A stretch of DNA of 64,000 nucleotides from Candidatus Woesearchaeota archaeon (GCA_964547875.1 CAZJPE010000005.1:27543-91542), one strand, 5' to 3'. Positions 35,137 through 45,981 are shown, numbered from the stretch's first letter. Translations and numbers: made by a program. The notes: generated by a model not told the origin, from the sequence alone.

Positions 35137-35740
35137 AAAACTCGTCTATATTTAAACTATCTTTTGCGGAAATTCCAACAACTTCATATTCTGGAAATGC
35201 GGCCTCTAATTTTTTAATGTCTGATTTTTTTAAATCTATTTTATTTCCAACTACAAGCAGAGGAATCTTCCTCGCTACAAGATTGCCTATAATAGTTATG
35301 TTTACTTGCGAGTATGGATTTTCAGACGCATCTAGCACAACTACAACCGCATCCATATCATCAAGCCATTTTATAGAATCAATAATCCCTTGAGTTGCTT
35401 CTTTGGCTCTTTTCTTCGCCTCTCCTCTATTCAATCCATGCTTTAAAAAATCCTCGTAATCAATCTTAGTCGCAATTCCAGGAGTGTCAACTATCTTAAA
35501 TGACAATTTTTTTCCCTTATAATCTATATCAACTTTTTCTTTAAATTGCACGTTTCTGGTTTCATGCGGAATCTTGCTCACTGCTCCAAGTTCTTCGCCT
35601 GTCCAATCCTTGCATATAATATTCGCTATAGTTGTTTTCCCGGAATTTGGAGGCCCATAAAAACCAAGTTTAATGTCATCTCTTCTTCTAAAGAGGCTCA
35701 TAAGTATGCGCCTTGAAAATCTTTTCAATATCTTTAACAT
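35102..35740 (-). CDS. Small GTP-binding protein (P-loop GTPase).
   Basis: GPPNSGKTT (G1). DTPG (G3). GNKIDL (G4). Confidence 0.65.
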   Translation of the reverse strand: MLKILKRFSRRILMSLFRRRDDIKLGFYGPPNSGKTTIANIICKDWTGEELGAVSKIPHETRNVQFKEKVDIDYKGKKLSFKIVDTPGIATKIDYEDFLKHGLNRGEAKKRAKEATQGIIDSIKWLDDMDAVVVVLDASENPYSQVNITIIGNLVARKIPLLVVGNKIDLKKSDIKKLEAAFPEYEVVGISAKDSLNIDEFYESLFKLAKKL

Positions 35741-35745
35741 CTAGT

Positions 35746-38379
35746 CTAGAAATTAGGCTGTTTAATAAATCTTGCGTCAATAGGCTTTCCCTGCCTCTTT
35801 TCCAATTCAGCTCTTACTCTTCTATTCTCAAAAATCTTAAATATGGGTATTTCCCACATTCCTGTCCTTTTTCCGTCTATTTTCTTAAATGCATAAGTTA
35901 TTCTCTCCCCTGTCCAGCCAGTCCCCTTTAGTTTCTTTCTTATCTCATTATCACTCAATCCTGATACTCTCGCATTATAAATAAAATTGACTAAATTATA
36001 AAGATCATTGCTGTTCTTGAATAAATGTCTTTCATATCTTCTCTTATACCATTCCTGCAATATAATGTAGAGAACAAGCGTCCCTAAAACAACGATGCCT
36101 AGCCAGAAAAATAGCTTTTTCCAGGGAAATGGTATCTCACATTTAGGATCCCCAAATTCACAAATCTCTTTTTCGTCAATAACAAAGCCTTTCACAGGAG
36201 CAATATAAGCTCCAAGCTCTGCAACCTCAATCTTTTCCTTAATTGCGAATTCAATATCCTGCTTCGTTTCAATACCAACATAAGCCGCACCGCCCTCATC
36301 AACTGGTTTCTGTCCGTAATCTTGCGAGAAAATCAAGCTGTCAAATGGATAATCAATAAACAGCAATCCTGCTTCTGCTCTTTCTTTAGGGCTTATTTTA
36401 AGCTTAAATCTAGTCAGAATGTCTTCCTTTGCTCCATCTGAAAAAACAGAAATTAGTTCAAATTCCACATCTGTTTTATAATTTGCCTCGCCCCATCCTA
36501 TTATCAGCTCTCTTAATTTATCATTATCTGCTGCATCTGTTCCAGAAATGCTCTCAAAATATCCCACATCAATATTCTCAAATCCAATTGCAATAGGCAA
36601 GATTCCTTCTATACCACCTACAATTCTGTAAGGAATATTCAAATCCAATAAACTGCTTACAATGTCTATGTAATCCTTGTCAGAGCTTGCATTCTTAAAT
36701 GATTTTTCTAAATCAGACAGCGACTTATTTAATTCAGCAATGTCAATCTCTTCTCCAATCACTTCCTGCAAAAATAAGGGAAAACTCTTTATCTCTTTAT
36801 CTATATCTTTCAACCTAATTTTATAGTCTGCTATTGTTTTATTTGCAGACTCTTTTGCATTCCCCGCAATAATATTAAACTTTTTAATCGCTATTACTCC
36901 GTCTTTCCTTTTCAATTCAACTTCTATTGTAAATGTCTTAGCTTCTTTATATCTATGATTTATGCTCTTTCCATTGGCTTCTTCAATTACCCCATCTCCA
37001 AAATTCCATTTAGACGAACTAATATTAAAAGATGTTACTGCTTCAAATCTAGTTTCCAAACCCAAATACGCAAATCTCGTATTCAAATTAAAATCAAAGC
37101 TTTCCTCTATATCAATATTTTCCCTAAATATGAGATTATCATTCAAATACAAAGCAAATTTATCTTCTTTTGTTCCAATAGGTATTGTAAATTCCGCAGG
37201 CTCCAAGTTGATTTCAATTCCTTTCGCGTTTATTGTCGCAGGCTTTACAGAAACTTCATAAAATTCAGCAGGCGCGTCAAATAAAATATTTCTGTCATAA
37301 AAGCTCAATTTTACATTATTCAGATTAATATTCTGGGATAACCCGCTTAGCTTTACAGGAACAACGCAATATGGCTTGCATTCAATTCCATCATCTTTTC
37401 CATATCTCTCATTAATATAATTATATATCTCATCTTCTAATTCACTATCGTTAACTCTCGTGCCTGCTTTTCCATATTCCAATGCCCTGGCAAATATCTC
37501 AAAATCAGAATTATCTGTCCCGCATCTTGGATTTTGACTCTCTGATTTTATCCTATATTCCACATTACTGGAAAAATCCCCACTAATGCAAACCAATAGC
37601 TTACTCTCAACAATAGAATTATATTTTATAACGCATTCAAGATTTTCCTCTGCTTGTGTAGACTGCGGAAGTTTGCACTCTCCTAATTTATTATAATCAA
37701 GCTCCCTCAGGCTAATCTTTAAGTTTCCATTGTTCTTTAATTTTTTAACCTTCGCCCCTACAGCATATGCTGGCGCAGCAGGCAATGTTATGTTCTCGCA
37801 TATCTCGTCTTGCGTTATCGTCGCCTCTCTATATGCTCCGCTGTTTAAGTTATTGTTAAAACATCCATAATTATTGCTAGAGCATGAGCTGTTTGTATAT
37901 TCACTAGTTGTCATAACATCTTCTTTATCTGCTAAAACATCAATAAAAAGAGGCGTCTTGCACGAGTTTGCGATATCGCTATTTACAGAAAATTCAATAT
38001 CATTTATAGAGCTAATTTCCTCTCCCTCTATCCTTAATCCAATAATTTTATCATTTTCAAGATTAAATTCTCTAATTGCGTTTCCAAGCACGTATTCGTC
38101 AGCGCAATTAGCGCTGCTACATTCAAAATCACCGCCTTCAACAAATTTATTCGCTTTTAACAAGCCAAATAATGTAATGTTCCCTATAAAATTGCTTTTC
38201 AAGAGAGAATCAGCTCTTTCCTGCTTCAAACTCAAATTCACGCTTCCCTTAATTATCTCGCCAGCTCTGTAATCCTTTTGCAAACTATTCTCATGATATT
38301 CAAAAGCTCCCACAATGCTGATAAATAAAATATTCATTAAAATTATCAAATAGCAAACAAAAACCTCTCTTTTTCCCAT
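35746..38379 (-). CDS. Large cell-surface protein (877 aa) with signal peptide, C-terminal TM anchor and about 90-aa cytoplasmic tail.
   Basis: N-terminal MGKREVFVCYLIILMNILFISIVGA. C-terminal WKKLFFWLGIVVLGTLVLYIILQEWYKRRYERH then a basic tail. Confidence 0.55.
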   Translation of the reverse strand: MGKREVFVCYLIILMNILFISIVGAFEYHENSLQKDYRAGEIIKGSVNLSLKQERADSLLKSNFIGNITLFGLLKANKFVEGGDFECSSANCADEYVLGNAIREFNLENDKIIGLRIEGEEISSINDIEFSVNSDIANSCKTPLFIDVLADKEDVMTTSEYTNSSCSSNNYGCFNNNLNSGAYREATITQDEICENITLPAAPAYAVGAKVKKLKNNGNLKISLRELDYNKLGECKLPQSTQAEENLECVIKYNSIVESKLLVCISGDFSSNVEYRIKSESQNPRCGTDNSDFEIFARALEYGKAGTRVNDSELEDEIYNYINERYGKDDGIECKPYCVVPVKLSGLSQNINLNNVKLSFYDRNILFDAPAEFYEVSVKPATINAKGIEINLEPAEFTIPIGTKEDKFALYLNDNLIFRENIDIEESFDFNLNTRFAYLGLETRFEAVTSFNISSSKWNFGDGVIEEANGKSINHRYKEAKTFTIEVELKRKDGVIAIKKFNIIAGNAKESANKTIADYKIRLKDIDKEIKSFPLFLQEVIGEEIDIAELNKSLSDLEKSFKNASSDKDYIDIVSSLLDLNIPYRIVGGIEGILPIAIGFENIDVGYFESISGTDAADNDKLRELIIGWGEANYKTDVEFELISVFSDGAKEDILTRFKLKISPKERAEAGLLFIDYPFDSLIFSQDYGQKPVDEGGAAYVGIETKQDIEFAIKEKIEVAELGAYIAPVKGFVIDEKEICEFGDPKCEIPFPWKKLFFWLGIVVLGTLVLYIILQEWYKRRYERHLFKNSNDLYNLVNFIYNARVSGLSDNEIRKKLKGTGWTGERITYAFKKIDGKRTGMWEIPIFKIFENRRVRAELEKRQGKPIDARFIKQPNF

Positions 38380-38380
38380 C

Positions 38381-39838
38381 TCATGCTCTCCTTCTAAAAC
38401 TCAATAAAGCATAAATTATAGCAATACCAAGAATACTAATCATAAACTGCCAAAAGCCAAAGAAAGGAAGTATCAAGCTTGGCGCAAACCCGCATAACGC
38501 GCTTGTTGTTTCTCCATCTAAGCCATCGCAGTCATTTTCATCAGCAGTGTTTGTAAACTCTGTTGAAGTGCAGCTTACTTCAGGCTCAAAACTTGTTAAA
38601 TAGGTTATTGTAGCAGAATTATCAGTACACTCTCCATATTCTGTTTGTATATTACATCCTCCTACGCACTCTTGCGTCACACCCGGAGGCAAAGGGGCAG
38701 GAATAGCTGTCCAGCGAAACTCACATATGTCAATATTCGCATTCCAATTACAATCGCATCTTATCTCATCCCCATTATTTCTCGTATTCCCGCATCCTGC
38801 TCCTCCGACAAGCCCAGATACTTTTTCTATATCCGCCTCATCAGCCCGCCATGCAGACTCTGGAGCGTTTTCGCATTCATTTTGCTCATCAAATTGAGCG
38901 CATCCATTTTTTTGGACTACAGGCTCATCAATTATTTGTTTCTTTAAATTTATCATACCACTTTTCTGCTCATATTGCTGTACACTTTTTGCAATAAAGA
39001 ATAATTCTAATTGATCTTCATTATTGTCATCTCCTGCAAAATCGGCAAGCGTGAATATGTAATCAAATATCGCTATTCCATTTGCGTCGCTTTTAATAGT
39101 TAAGCCAGAGCGGATAAGATCAGAGCAGGTTGTATCCAATGCATAGCCTAAACAATCAGTGTCATAAATATCATAATTAACATTATTATTTGCTGAAACA
39201 CCTGCCGCAATTAATTTTACACTCGTATCCAAATTTATGTCAAATCCATTCGCCAATTCATTTCTATTAACATTTGCCCAATATGCATCTGGTTGAGAAG
39301 GAGGCGGAGGTCCTGCTATCGTGCTACAACAAATCACATTATTATAATTAGTTCCACTAGCTATCTCTAAATGAGCGTTAGTATTAGAAGATAATCTTAC
39401 GACAATCTCCTCATTAGCTCCATTGCAATTAGATGGAGAGTCTAATCTGCAATTTAAATCCCCATAACAGATTTGCATCGAATAACTTCCAGAAGGACCT
39501 TCAGCGTGCGCATTTGTGCTGGCGCTTAATCTTAATACGCCATTAGCCCCACTACAAACCCTATTGCCATTTCCATTCACTCCAAAAATATCATTATAGC
39601 AAATCTCCGTAGTATAACTCCCCGCCCCATTAAATAGTTCTCCATGAGCATTTGTATCCGCGCTCAATCTCAAAATAATCTGATCTTGCGAGATACAGCT
39701 ATTAGCAGAGCTGACTAGATTTAAGGAAAACATAAAAGCTACAAAAATAGCTATTGTAAATAGCGCGCCTCTTCTCATCTTTCTGAAAACGAATAAAACT
39801 TTATAAAGATTTGTAACAATCGTTATCCCCCCGCCCAA
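38381..39838 (-). CDS. Cys-rich surface protein with three tandem RLSxxTNAH repeats and a C-terminal TM anchor.
   Basis: VLRLSADTNAHGELF / VLRLSASTNAHAEGP / VVRLSSNTNAHLEIA. C-terminal LILPFFGFWQFMISILGIAIIYALLSFRRRA. The signal peptide probably starts at the internal Met (MRRGALFTIAIFVAF). Confidence 0.55.
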   Translation of the reverse strand: MGGGITIVTNLYKVLFVFRKMRRGALFTIAIFVAFMFSLNLVSSANSCISQDQIILRLSADTNAHGELFNGAGSYTTEICYNDIFGVNGNGNRVCSGANGVLRLSASTNAHAEGPSGSYSMQICYGDLNCRLDSPSNCNGANEEIVVRLSSNTNAHLEIASGTNYNNVICCSTIAGPPPPSQPDAYWANVNRNELANGFDINLDTSVKLIAAGVSANNNVNYDIYDTDCLGYALDTTCSDLIRSGLTIKSDANGIAIFDYIFTLADFAGDDNNEDQLELFFIAKSVQQYEQKSGMINLKKQIIDEPVVQKNGCAQFDEQNECENAPESAWRADEADIEKVSGLVGGAGCGNTRNNGDEIRCDCNWNANIDICEFRWTAIPAPLPPGVTQECVGGCNIQTEYGECTDNSATITYLTSFEPEVSCTSTEFTNTADENDCDGLDGETTSALCGFAPSLILPFFGFWQFMISILGIAIIYALLSFRRRA

Positions 39839-40245
39839 ACGTAAATCTTAACTATTTTTGGCTCAAATTTGTCAAGCGTTGCGCTTATGATTCTTTCCCT
39901 AGAGTACAACTCTGCAATATTAGCAGGATAATAGTTTTCGCCCGCGCAACTCTCAGAAACACCACAAATGCTCACACTATACTCCAATCTTTGGTTCAAT
40001 ATCCTTTTTTTCAAAATATCCATTATCTCGTTTTCAGCCTCCATGCTATTACTATCATCATTTATCACTTTTTCCCTCAATACCTTGTCTTTTGCAATTT
40101 CGTTTAAAATATCATCAAATACCAGGTTCTCGCTCTCCTTCCTAGTATCTTGTAAAAAAAGCATGACAATTGCGCTCGCAAGAATAAAAACCGCAATTAC
40201 TGCCTCAACAATTCTCCATATTCCTCTTTTGTTTTTTATCACCAT
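39823..40245 (-). CDS. Pilin-like protein (class III signal peptide).
   Basis: MVIKNKRGIWRIVEAVIAVFILASAIVMLFL. Confidence 0.45.
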   Translation of the reverse strand: MVIKNKRGIWRIVEAVIAVFILASAIVMLFLQDTRKESENLVFDDILNEIAKDKVLREKVINDDSNSMEAENEIMDILKKRILNQRLEYSVSICGVSESCAGENYYPANIAELYSRERIISATLDKFEPKIVKIYVWAGG

Positions 40246-40973
40246 ATCCTTAATATCAAATCTGCGAAAATTACGCTTCCATCCTCGCGTAATATCTCCA
40301 CGCGCCTTACATTGGAAAACACCTCAACGCCCTCAGGGCGCTCTCTCTTAGCCTCAATCTCCTCGCCTGAATCAAACACAATGTTAAATTCAAAATTAAC
40401 AGAGCTTGGCAGATTAAATTGCTGTTTCAATTTTTCATAATTATCATAATAAGACGCATTTAATGCCTTTATTTTCTTTTCAGACATGAATTTAATCTTA
40501 TCAGAAGAGATTATAGAATATTCATCATCATTCAATTGTCCTCCTCCGCTAGGGCCACTTCCAGGATTAATGTCCTCGCTAAACCTAAATATGGCAAATC
40601 CCTCGCTTGGATCTCCGTCATGTACAGAATCTGCCTTAAAATTAATATTATCGCTAGCTCCTTCACGCCGTGATTCAACAAATGTCCCATGCCTATTCTC
40701 TGCTCTTACATTTTTTATATTGTCAACACCAGAAATCTTTATTTTCCTAAATTCGCTACCGCTGCCCATGCCACTTACGTCCATCTTTACATAATAGCTC
40801 TCAACCTCTGTGTTCGTATTTTCAATAATTTCCCTAAAAGCATAAGAAGTCGCAGATTCCACAATCCTTGAGGTCTGCGATGGGCTAAAAAAATAAAACG
40901 CAAATATTACAAATCCAATAAATATCAAAAAAGACAGCATAACTTCAATATGACTGATTCCTCTTTTCTCCAT
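40239..40973 (-). CDS. Pilin-like protein (class III signal peptide).
   Basis: MEKRGISHIEVMLSFLIFIGFVIFAFYFF (KRG then a hydrophobic helix). Confidence 0.5.
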   Translation of the reverse strand: MEKRGISHIEVMLSFLIFIGFVIFAFYFFSPSQTSRIVESATSYAFREIIENTNTEVESYYVKMDVSGMGSGSEFRKIKISGVDNIKNVRAENRHGTFVESRREGASDNINFKADSVHDGDPSEGFAIFRFSEDINPGSGPSGGGQLNDDEYSIISSDKIKFMSEKKIKALNASYYDNYEKLKQQFNLPSSVNFEFNIVFDSGEEIEAKRERPEGVEVFSNVRRVEILREDGSVIFADLILRIW

Positions 40974-41024
40974 GGCAGAAAATAACCTTATAGATTTATA
41001 TAACTTGTCCTGTCTCTAATATAG

Positions 41025-41786
41025 ATGGATAAAAATGCAATACTAGAAGAAATCAAGAGAAAAAAAGAGCTTTCAGGCCTTGCAGACTCCCTTGTTTCAA
41101 ATATTCTTGATAATTATTTAAGAAGGCATAATATAGAATTTAATGCTCTTAAAAAAAAAGAAATTAAGATTGTAATAAAAGACATTAGGGCTGAATTGAG
41201 AAATCTAGCAGGAAGATTTCAAAAAAGCCTGAAAAAAATAGAATTAAAAAATGAAAATATAAATGAAATTTTAAAAACTCATGCCTCAACGTCAGAAAGG
41301 TTTGATTTTTATCCAAAATTAAGAGCCATGATAAGATCACTGAAAATAAGCTCAATTCTCGATATTGGTTGCGGATTAAATCCAATAGCTCTAGCTGATA
41401 AAAAAATATATTATTATGCATCAGATGTTAATGAAGAAAATCTTGCATTAATAAGAAAATTCTTTGAGAAGCATAAAATCAAAGGAGAAGTTTTCACTTA
41501 CGACATTAAAAATCCAAATACGAGTCTTCCCAAATCAGACTTATGCCTGATGCTTAAGCTCTTAGACATTGTAGAGACTAAAAGCCATGAAATAGCAAAA
41601 GCAATAATAGAAAAAATAGATTACAAATACATTCTAATAAGCTTTGCAACAAAAACTCTTTCAGGAAAAAGAATGAGATATCCAAGAAGAAAATGGTTTG
41701 AATTTTTATTAAAAAATTTAAACTGCGAATACAAAACCTTTAGCTCAAATAACGAGCTCTTCTACCTAGTTAAAAAATTATCCTAA
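41025..41786 (+). CDS. Class I SAM-dependent methyltransferase.
   Basis: ILDIGCGLNPIALA is motif I (GxGxG-like). 253 aa. Confidence 0.5.
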   Translation: MDKNAILEEIKRKKELSGLADSLVSNILDNYLRRHNIEFNALKKKEIKIVIKDIRAELRNLAGRFQKSLKKIELKNENINEILKTHASTSERFDFYPKLRAMIRSLKISSILDIGCGLNPIALADKKIYYYASDVNEENLALIRKFFEKHKIKGEVFTYDIKNPNTSLPKSDLCLMLKLLDIVETKSHEIAKAIIEKIDYKYILISFATKTLSGKRMRYPRRKWFEFLLKNLNCEYKTFSSNNELFYLVKKLS

Positions 41787-42644
41787 AAAGACGTTTGCTC
41801 CTGTAGAGATCAGAAATGCGCTAATAGCAAGTATAAACGAATGCCTTATTCCAGCTTTTATGCTTCCTTCAGCCAGCTTGCCAATAGTCAATCCTGCTAA
41901 TAGACCCTGCGCCAGTAAAAGAAATAAAAATGGTCTTGCCAGCTCTTCTGCATTAAATACACTTTCCGTTTCCAAATCTCTTGCTGATGTAAGCTCTCCT
42001 ACTGAAAGCTTTCCAAAACTTCCCGCGCTTCCAACCAATGGCAAAATATTGAATTGCATAACTAGCATAATTCCAATAAATATAAAGAATATTATGTATC
42101 CTTGGACAACAAGGCTGTAAATTGCAGCCCGCCTTTCTTTCTTCAACTTATCTGCTTCTGAAATTGACTTAGCGACAGATTCCAAGATATAATCTATTTC
42201 TCCTCCAGCTCTCTCAGCCTCTCTTATCAACGCAACAGCTCTGTTAATGACATTGCTTCCTACGTCAGTTGCAAAATTCTCAAGAGCCTTGCTCACAGAT
42301 ATACCTAATGATATCTGATTGGCTAATTTATGAATATAACTAGTCAGCTCACCATAATTATTTTTTCTCATGTTAATAATGCTCTTGCTTACAGGCGTCC
42401 CTGTTGCAACGCTTTCAGCGAGGTTCCTGGAAAATTCAAGGAACATCTCCCTTATTCTTTCTTCTTTTTTATTCTCTAAAACAATGCCTAAAACAAAAGG
42501 GAGGAAAAAGATAGCTAGGGCAATTCCTAATAAAAATAAGAATAAATTTAAATCCTTCCCAATTGTAAAATAATAAACAATATCGCCGACTATTAAGATA
42601 GCTCCTGATATTATGCCAAACCAATGCATTCTTTTTAGTGTCAT
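41778..42644 (-). CDS. Type IV pilus/Tad platform membrane protein (TadC/FlaJ-like), second half.
   Basis: Polytopic membrane protein with a T2SF-like cytoplasmic helical segment. ATGA-type 1-nt junction with 42646-43953. Confidence 0.55.
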   Translation of the reverse strand: MTLKRMHWFGIISGAILIVGDIVYYFTIGKDLNLFLFLLGIALAIFFLPFVLGIVLENKKEERIREMFLEFSRNLAESVATGTPVSKSIINMRKNNYGELTSYIHKLANQISLGISVSKALENFATDVGSNVINRAVALIREAERAGGEIDYILESVAKSISEADKLKKERRAAIYSLVVQGYIIFFIFIGIMLVMQFNILPLVGSAGSFGKLSVGELTSARDLETESVFNAEELARPFLFLLLAQGLLAGLTIGKLAEGSIKAGIRHSFILAISAFLISTGANVFLG

Positions 42645-42645
42645 T

Positions 42646-43953
42646 TTAGTAATTAGGTTGATTTATGTGTATGAAAGCAAGGAAAAATATGTTAATTATT
42701 GCAATAACTGAAATAATCAGAAAAGTTAGCTGCGTTATGCTAAGACCTATGTCAAAACTTCCAATAGTCAATAAAATTAGGAACAGCATCAATACCATTG
42801 GAGCAGCTATAACAACGCTGATATAAACATCCATAAAAGTCTCTGCAGTTTTTGAATATTTTTCTCTTTCCAGCCTATAGTCTATTAAAAGTGTTTCTGC
42901 TCTTTTGTTAAAAAATTCTGCAAAATCTCCCCCAGAAGTAATAGTAGTTGCCAAACCAGAGAATAATTCAGAGAGTTTAGTGCTCGGCGTTGTCGCGGCA
43001 GTATTGTTCAGCGCAGTTACAAGATCATATCCATAAAGATTAATTTGATTAATTATCTTCCTTATCTCTTTTCTTAAATAAGGGTACTCTCTGCTCAATC
43101 CTATAATCCTGAAAATTTCGCTTGGTTGTATTCCAGAACCAGAAATAGCACTCATATGAATTACAGCAAATGGCAGCTCTTGATTGATCCTTCTTGAAAG
43201 ACCTTTCTTTTCAGTTGTAGGATAATAATAAAGTATAAAAAACATCACGATAGGCACAATAATCGGTATCCAGAATATCTGCACTAATCTGATTAAATAA
43301 TCACCCTCAAACATGCTGAAAAAAGGCCAGTCTATCCCAACATTAAAGAATAATAAGCCAAACATAACTAAAAAAGATGCAATAACGCTTAAACAAACCG
43401 TTAAAAAAATCATCGCCAGATAAGCATGAAACAATAAATCTATATTGGCCTTTCTCAATTCCTTTGATAAATTCTTAAAATGGCCCTTATTAATCAAATA
43501 TGTTGCAAAATCCAAAAATAATTTATTCGCTAATTTCAAATAACCTCTCGCAGCCTTGAATTCAGTATATTCCTCTAATTTTGATTCCTTCTTCCGTCTC
43601 CTTTTTAATCTGCTTATATGGCTCTCTCTTATGCTTAGCTCCTTAAGCAATTTTTTTCTGTTCCTTATAGGAATAGTCGCATCAAACTCGCGCTCCTTTA
43701 TCTTTACGCTAACTTTCTCTAATTTTTCTTTCTTTGCAATACTCCCGGGTAGTTTCTTGGCTAAAGAGATTAGGCTCAACAAATCTGGAATAGAATCATT
43801 TATAATTCTTAAGCTGTTTATTAAAGCATCAATGGTCTGCATTAGCAATTTCTTTTCAAGAGGAGCAGCAGAGGGCAATTTTTGATTATAAGATGAGATC
43901 TCTCCAAGCATTCCCATCTCTGTTTCTATATTCTTTTTAATGCTTTCAATCAT
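42646..43953 (-). CDS. Type IV pilus/Tad platform membrane protein (TadB/FlaJ-like), first half.
   Basis: 435 aa. Cytoplasmic N-domain plus multiple TM helices. Immediately downstream of the secretion ATPase. Confidence 0.55.
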   Translation of the reverse strand: MIESIKKNIETEMGMLGEISSYNQKLPSAAPLEKKLLMQTIDALINSLRIINDSIPDLLSLISLAKKLPGSIAKKEKLEKVSVKIKEREFDATIPIRNRKKLLKELSIRESHISRLKRRRKKESKLEEYTEFKAARGYLKLANKLFLDFATYLINKGHFKNLSKELRKANIDLLFHAYLAMIFLTVCLSVIASFLVMFGLLFFNVGIDWPFFSMFEGDYLIRLVQIFWIPIIVPIVMFFILYYYPTTEKKGLSRRINQELPFAVIHMSAISGSGIQPSEIFRIIGLSREYPYLRKEIRKIINQINLYGYDLVTALNNTAATTPSTKLSELFSGLATTITSGGDFAEFFNKRAETLLIDYRLEREKYSKTAETFMDVYISVVIAAPMVLMLFLILLTIGSFDIGLSITQLTFLIISVIAIINIFFLAFIHINQPNY

Positions 43954-44111
43954 ATCAACCTCTTTATTTCAGCCTGAAATTTTAAAATCTCCCCCTTAGC
44001 AGCGCTAAGCATCTCAATATCCTTTTTTTTATAAGCCTCTTCCAATTTCTCCACAGCATCCCTCATGCTATTCAATAACTGCGCAATTAAATTAATCCTC
44101 TCTTTTTCCAT
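43950..44111 (-). CDS. Unannotated small coiled-coil protein (53 aa) between the ATPase and platform genes.
   Basis: MEKERINLIAQLLNSMRDAVEKLEEAYKKKDIEMLSAAKGEILKFQAEIKRLI. Its TGA overlaps the ATG of 42646-43953 (ATGA). Confidence 0.35.
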   Translation of the reverse strand: MEKERINLIAQLLNSMRDAVEKLEEAYKKKDIEMLSAAKGEILKFQAEIKRLI

Positions 44112-44184
44112 ATTCAATAAAAACCAGAATGATTTATATACTTTTCAATTTACAAGTCAGCTCACTAAAGCAGAGATAGATTAA

Positions 44185-45711
44185 TCATAATCTAATACCA
44201 TACTTTCTTAACACAGCATCAGAATCCTTATAATAATCATTAATTATTTTTCCAACCTCCTCAAAGCTGAAAATCCTTCTCAAATAAAGCTCGTATAATA
44301 GTCTCGCTCTTAGCATAAACTCCTGCTGAAGTTGCTCAAGAGGAACCCCACTTCTTAAAGAAATCTTCTCTAATACTCTGCTTTGCTTTTTGAAATAAAA
44401 TTGGTCATCTCTTGGATTCCATATAAACGGCGTATTAATAAGCGCAGTTCCATCTCTATTAATATTCACAACCTCAACAATCTCTCTTATTCTTCTAGTC
44501 TCTTGATTTTTCACAATAACATGCGTGGCAATAGCAACGCAATCCAATGAGTTTACCAAAGTCGGAGACAACTCTATCGGAGGCGTTTGCAATCTTCTCA
44601 CTAGTGTATCTACAGAATCAGCATGCATCGTACTCAAGCTTGAATGCCCAGAAGCCATGCCCTGAAATAAGACAAAAGCTTCTTTTCCTCTCACCTCTCC
44701 TACAATCATATAATCTGGATTTTGTCTGAATGAGCTTTTTAATAAAGCAAACAAATCAACCTCTCCAACTTTCCCTATGCCAATAGAGGTTCTTGAGACA
44801 GCAGGCAGCCAATTCTCTCTCGGAATGTTTAATTCTCTAGTGTCCTCGATAGAAACGACTCTCGCCTCAGGCGGTATGAAAAAAGCAATCGCATTTAATA
44901 AAGTGGTTTTGCCACTGGCAGTAGCTCCTGTCACTAGCACATTCGCTTTGTTTTCAATAAGTATCCAGAAATACGCGAGCATTTCAGGGCTCAATGTTTT
45001 CATTGCAATTAATTGAGTTGGCGTCCATGGAGTCTCTGTAAATTTGCGAATGCTGAAAGTAGGCCCTCTTGAAGTCACGTCTTTTGTGTATGTGGCATTG
45101 ACGCGACTCCCATCTGGCAAAGAGCCGTCAAGTAGAGGCTGTGCATATGAAACATATCTCCCACATCTCTGCGCGAGTTTCTCAACAAAACTTGCAAGTT
45201 TGTCAGCGTCTTTATATAGAATACTCGTGCGTAAATTCCTATACATCCTATGAATAATATATACAGGCGTATTGGAGCCATTGCATTCAATATCTTCTAT
45301 GAAATAATCCCTTAGCAATGGATCAATCTCGTTAAACCCTATAAAATCCCTGAAGAGAAAGTAAAAAATCTTTCTATATGATTCGTTGTTAATCTTAATA
45401 TTCAATTCATCAATTAATAATTTTGCAGTTTTATCAATGTATTCTATAGTAGCTTCTATAGTCTTTTCAACAGCAACATTTATATTAACTAGCTCAAGCA
45501 TAGCAGCTTCAACCTGTTTTAGCACTTCTTGCTCGTAATCGTCCAATAAGGGCTCTTCCAGTTCATATACTACCTCATTGATTTTATCGTCCCAATGAAT
45601 GTGGGCAGTTGCAAAAGGCGAGATAAGACTGTATCTGATGTCTAGCTGTCTCTTATCCTTGACTCTTGGTAAAGAGGGCATAGGGGGATTGAGATTAATT
45701 GTCACTACCAT
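44185..45711 (-). CDS. Type II/IV secretion ATPase (FlaI/TadA/PilB-like).
   Basis: VLVTGATASGKTTLLNA (Walker A). DYMIVGEVRG (Walker B). His-box region. 508 aa. Confidence 0.8.
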   Translation of the reverse strand: MVVTINLNPPMPSLPRVKDKRQLDIRYSLISPFATAHIHWDDKINEVVYELEEPLLDDYEQEVLKQVEAAMLELVNINVAVEKTIEATIEYIDKTAKLLIDELNIKINNESYRKIFYFLFRDFIGFNEIDPLLRDYFIEDIECNGSNTPVYIIHRMYRNLRTSILYKDADKLASFVEKLAQRCGRYVSYAQPLLDGSLPDGSRVNATYTKDVTSRGPTFSIRKFTETPWTPTQLIAMKTLSPEMLAYFWILIENKANVLVTGATASGKTTLLNAIAFFIPPEARVVSIEDTRELNIPRENWLPAVSRTSIGIGKVGEVDLFALLKSSFRQNPDYMIVGEVRGKEAFVLFQGMASGHSSLSTMHADSVDTLVRRLQTPPIELSPTLVNSLDCVAIATHVIVKNQETRRIREIVEVVNINRDGTALINTPFIWNPRDDQFYFKKQSRVLEKISLRSGVPLEQLQQEFMLRARLLYELYLRRIFSFEEVGKIINDYYKDSDAVLRKYGIRL

Positions 45712-45744
45712 ATATCAAATAATAATAAACAATATATAAAACTT

Positions 45745-45981
45745 TCATCCTAAAAATGCAGGAGCAATATAGAATAATGCTACAAATAAGACGTTAAAGA
45801 TTATGCCCCAAATAGCAAATTTCTTCCCATCAAATCTTTTTATTAAAACAATAATGTTCATGACAAATCCTATGATTGTTGATGTCAATCCCAGCCAAGC
45901 CAATGAATAAAGATTAAGAATAAATATCAATGCAAATACTAATGAAGCACAAAAGCCAATTATTGCCAATAACTTACTCAT
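45745..45981 (-). CDS. Small membrane protein (2 TM).
   Basis: 78 aa, hydrophobic. Confidence 0.4.
   Translation of the reverse strand: MSKLLAIIGFCASLVFALIFILNLYSLAWLGLTSTIIGFVMNIIVLIKRFDGKKFAIWGIIFNVLFVALFYIAPAFLG

Noticed and set aside
36955-37284. Two overlapping plus-strand ORFs (109 and 99 aa).
   Set aside because: They are antisense to the 877-aa surface protein gene. Basic, low-complexity translations are typical of AT-rich antisense frames.
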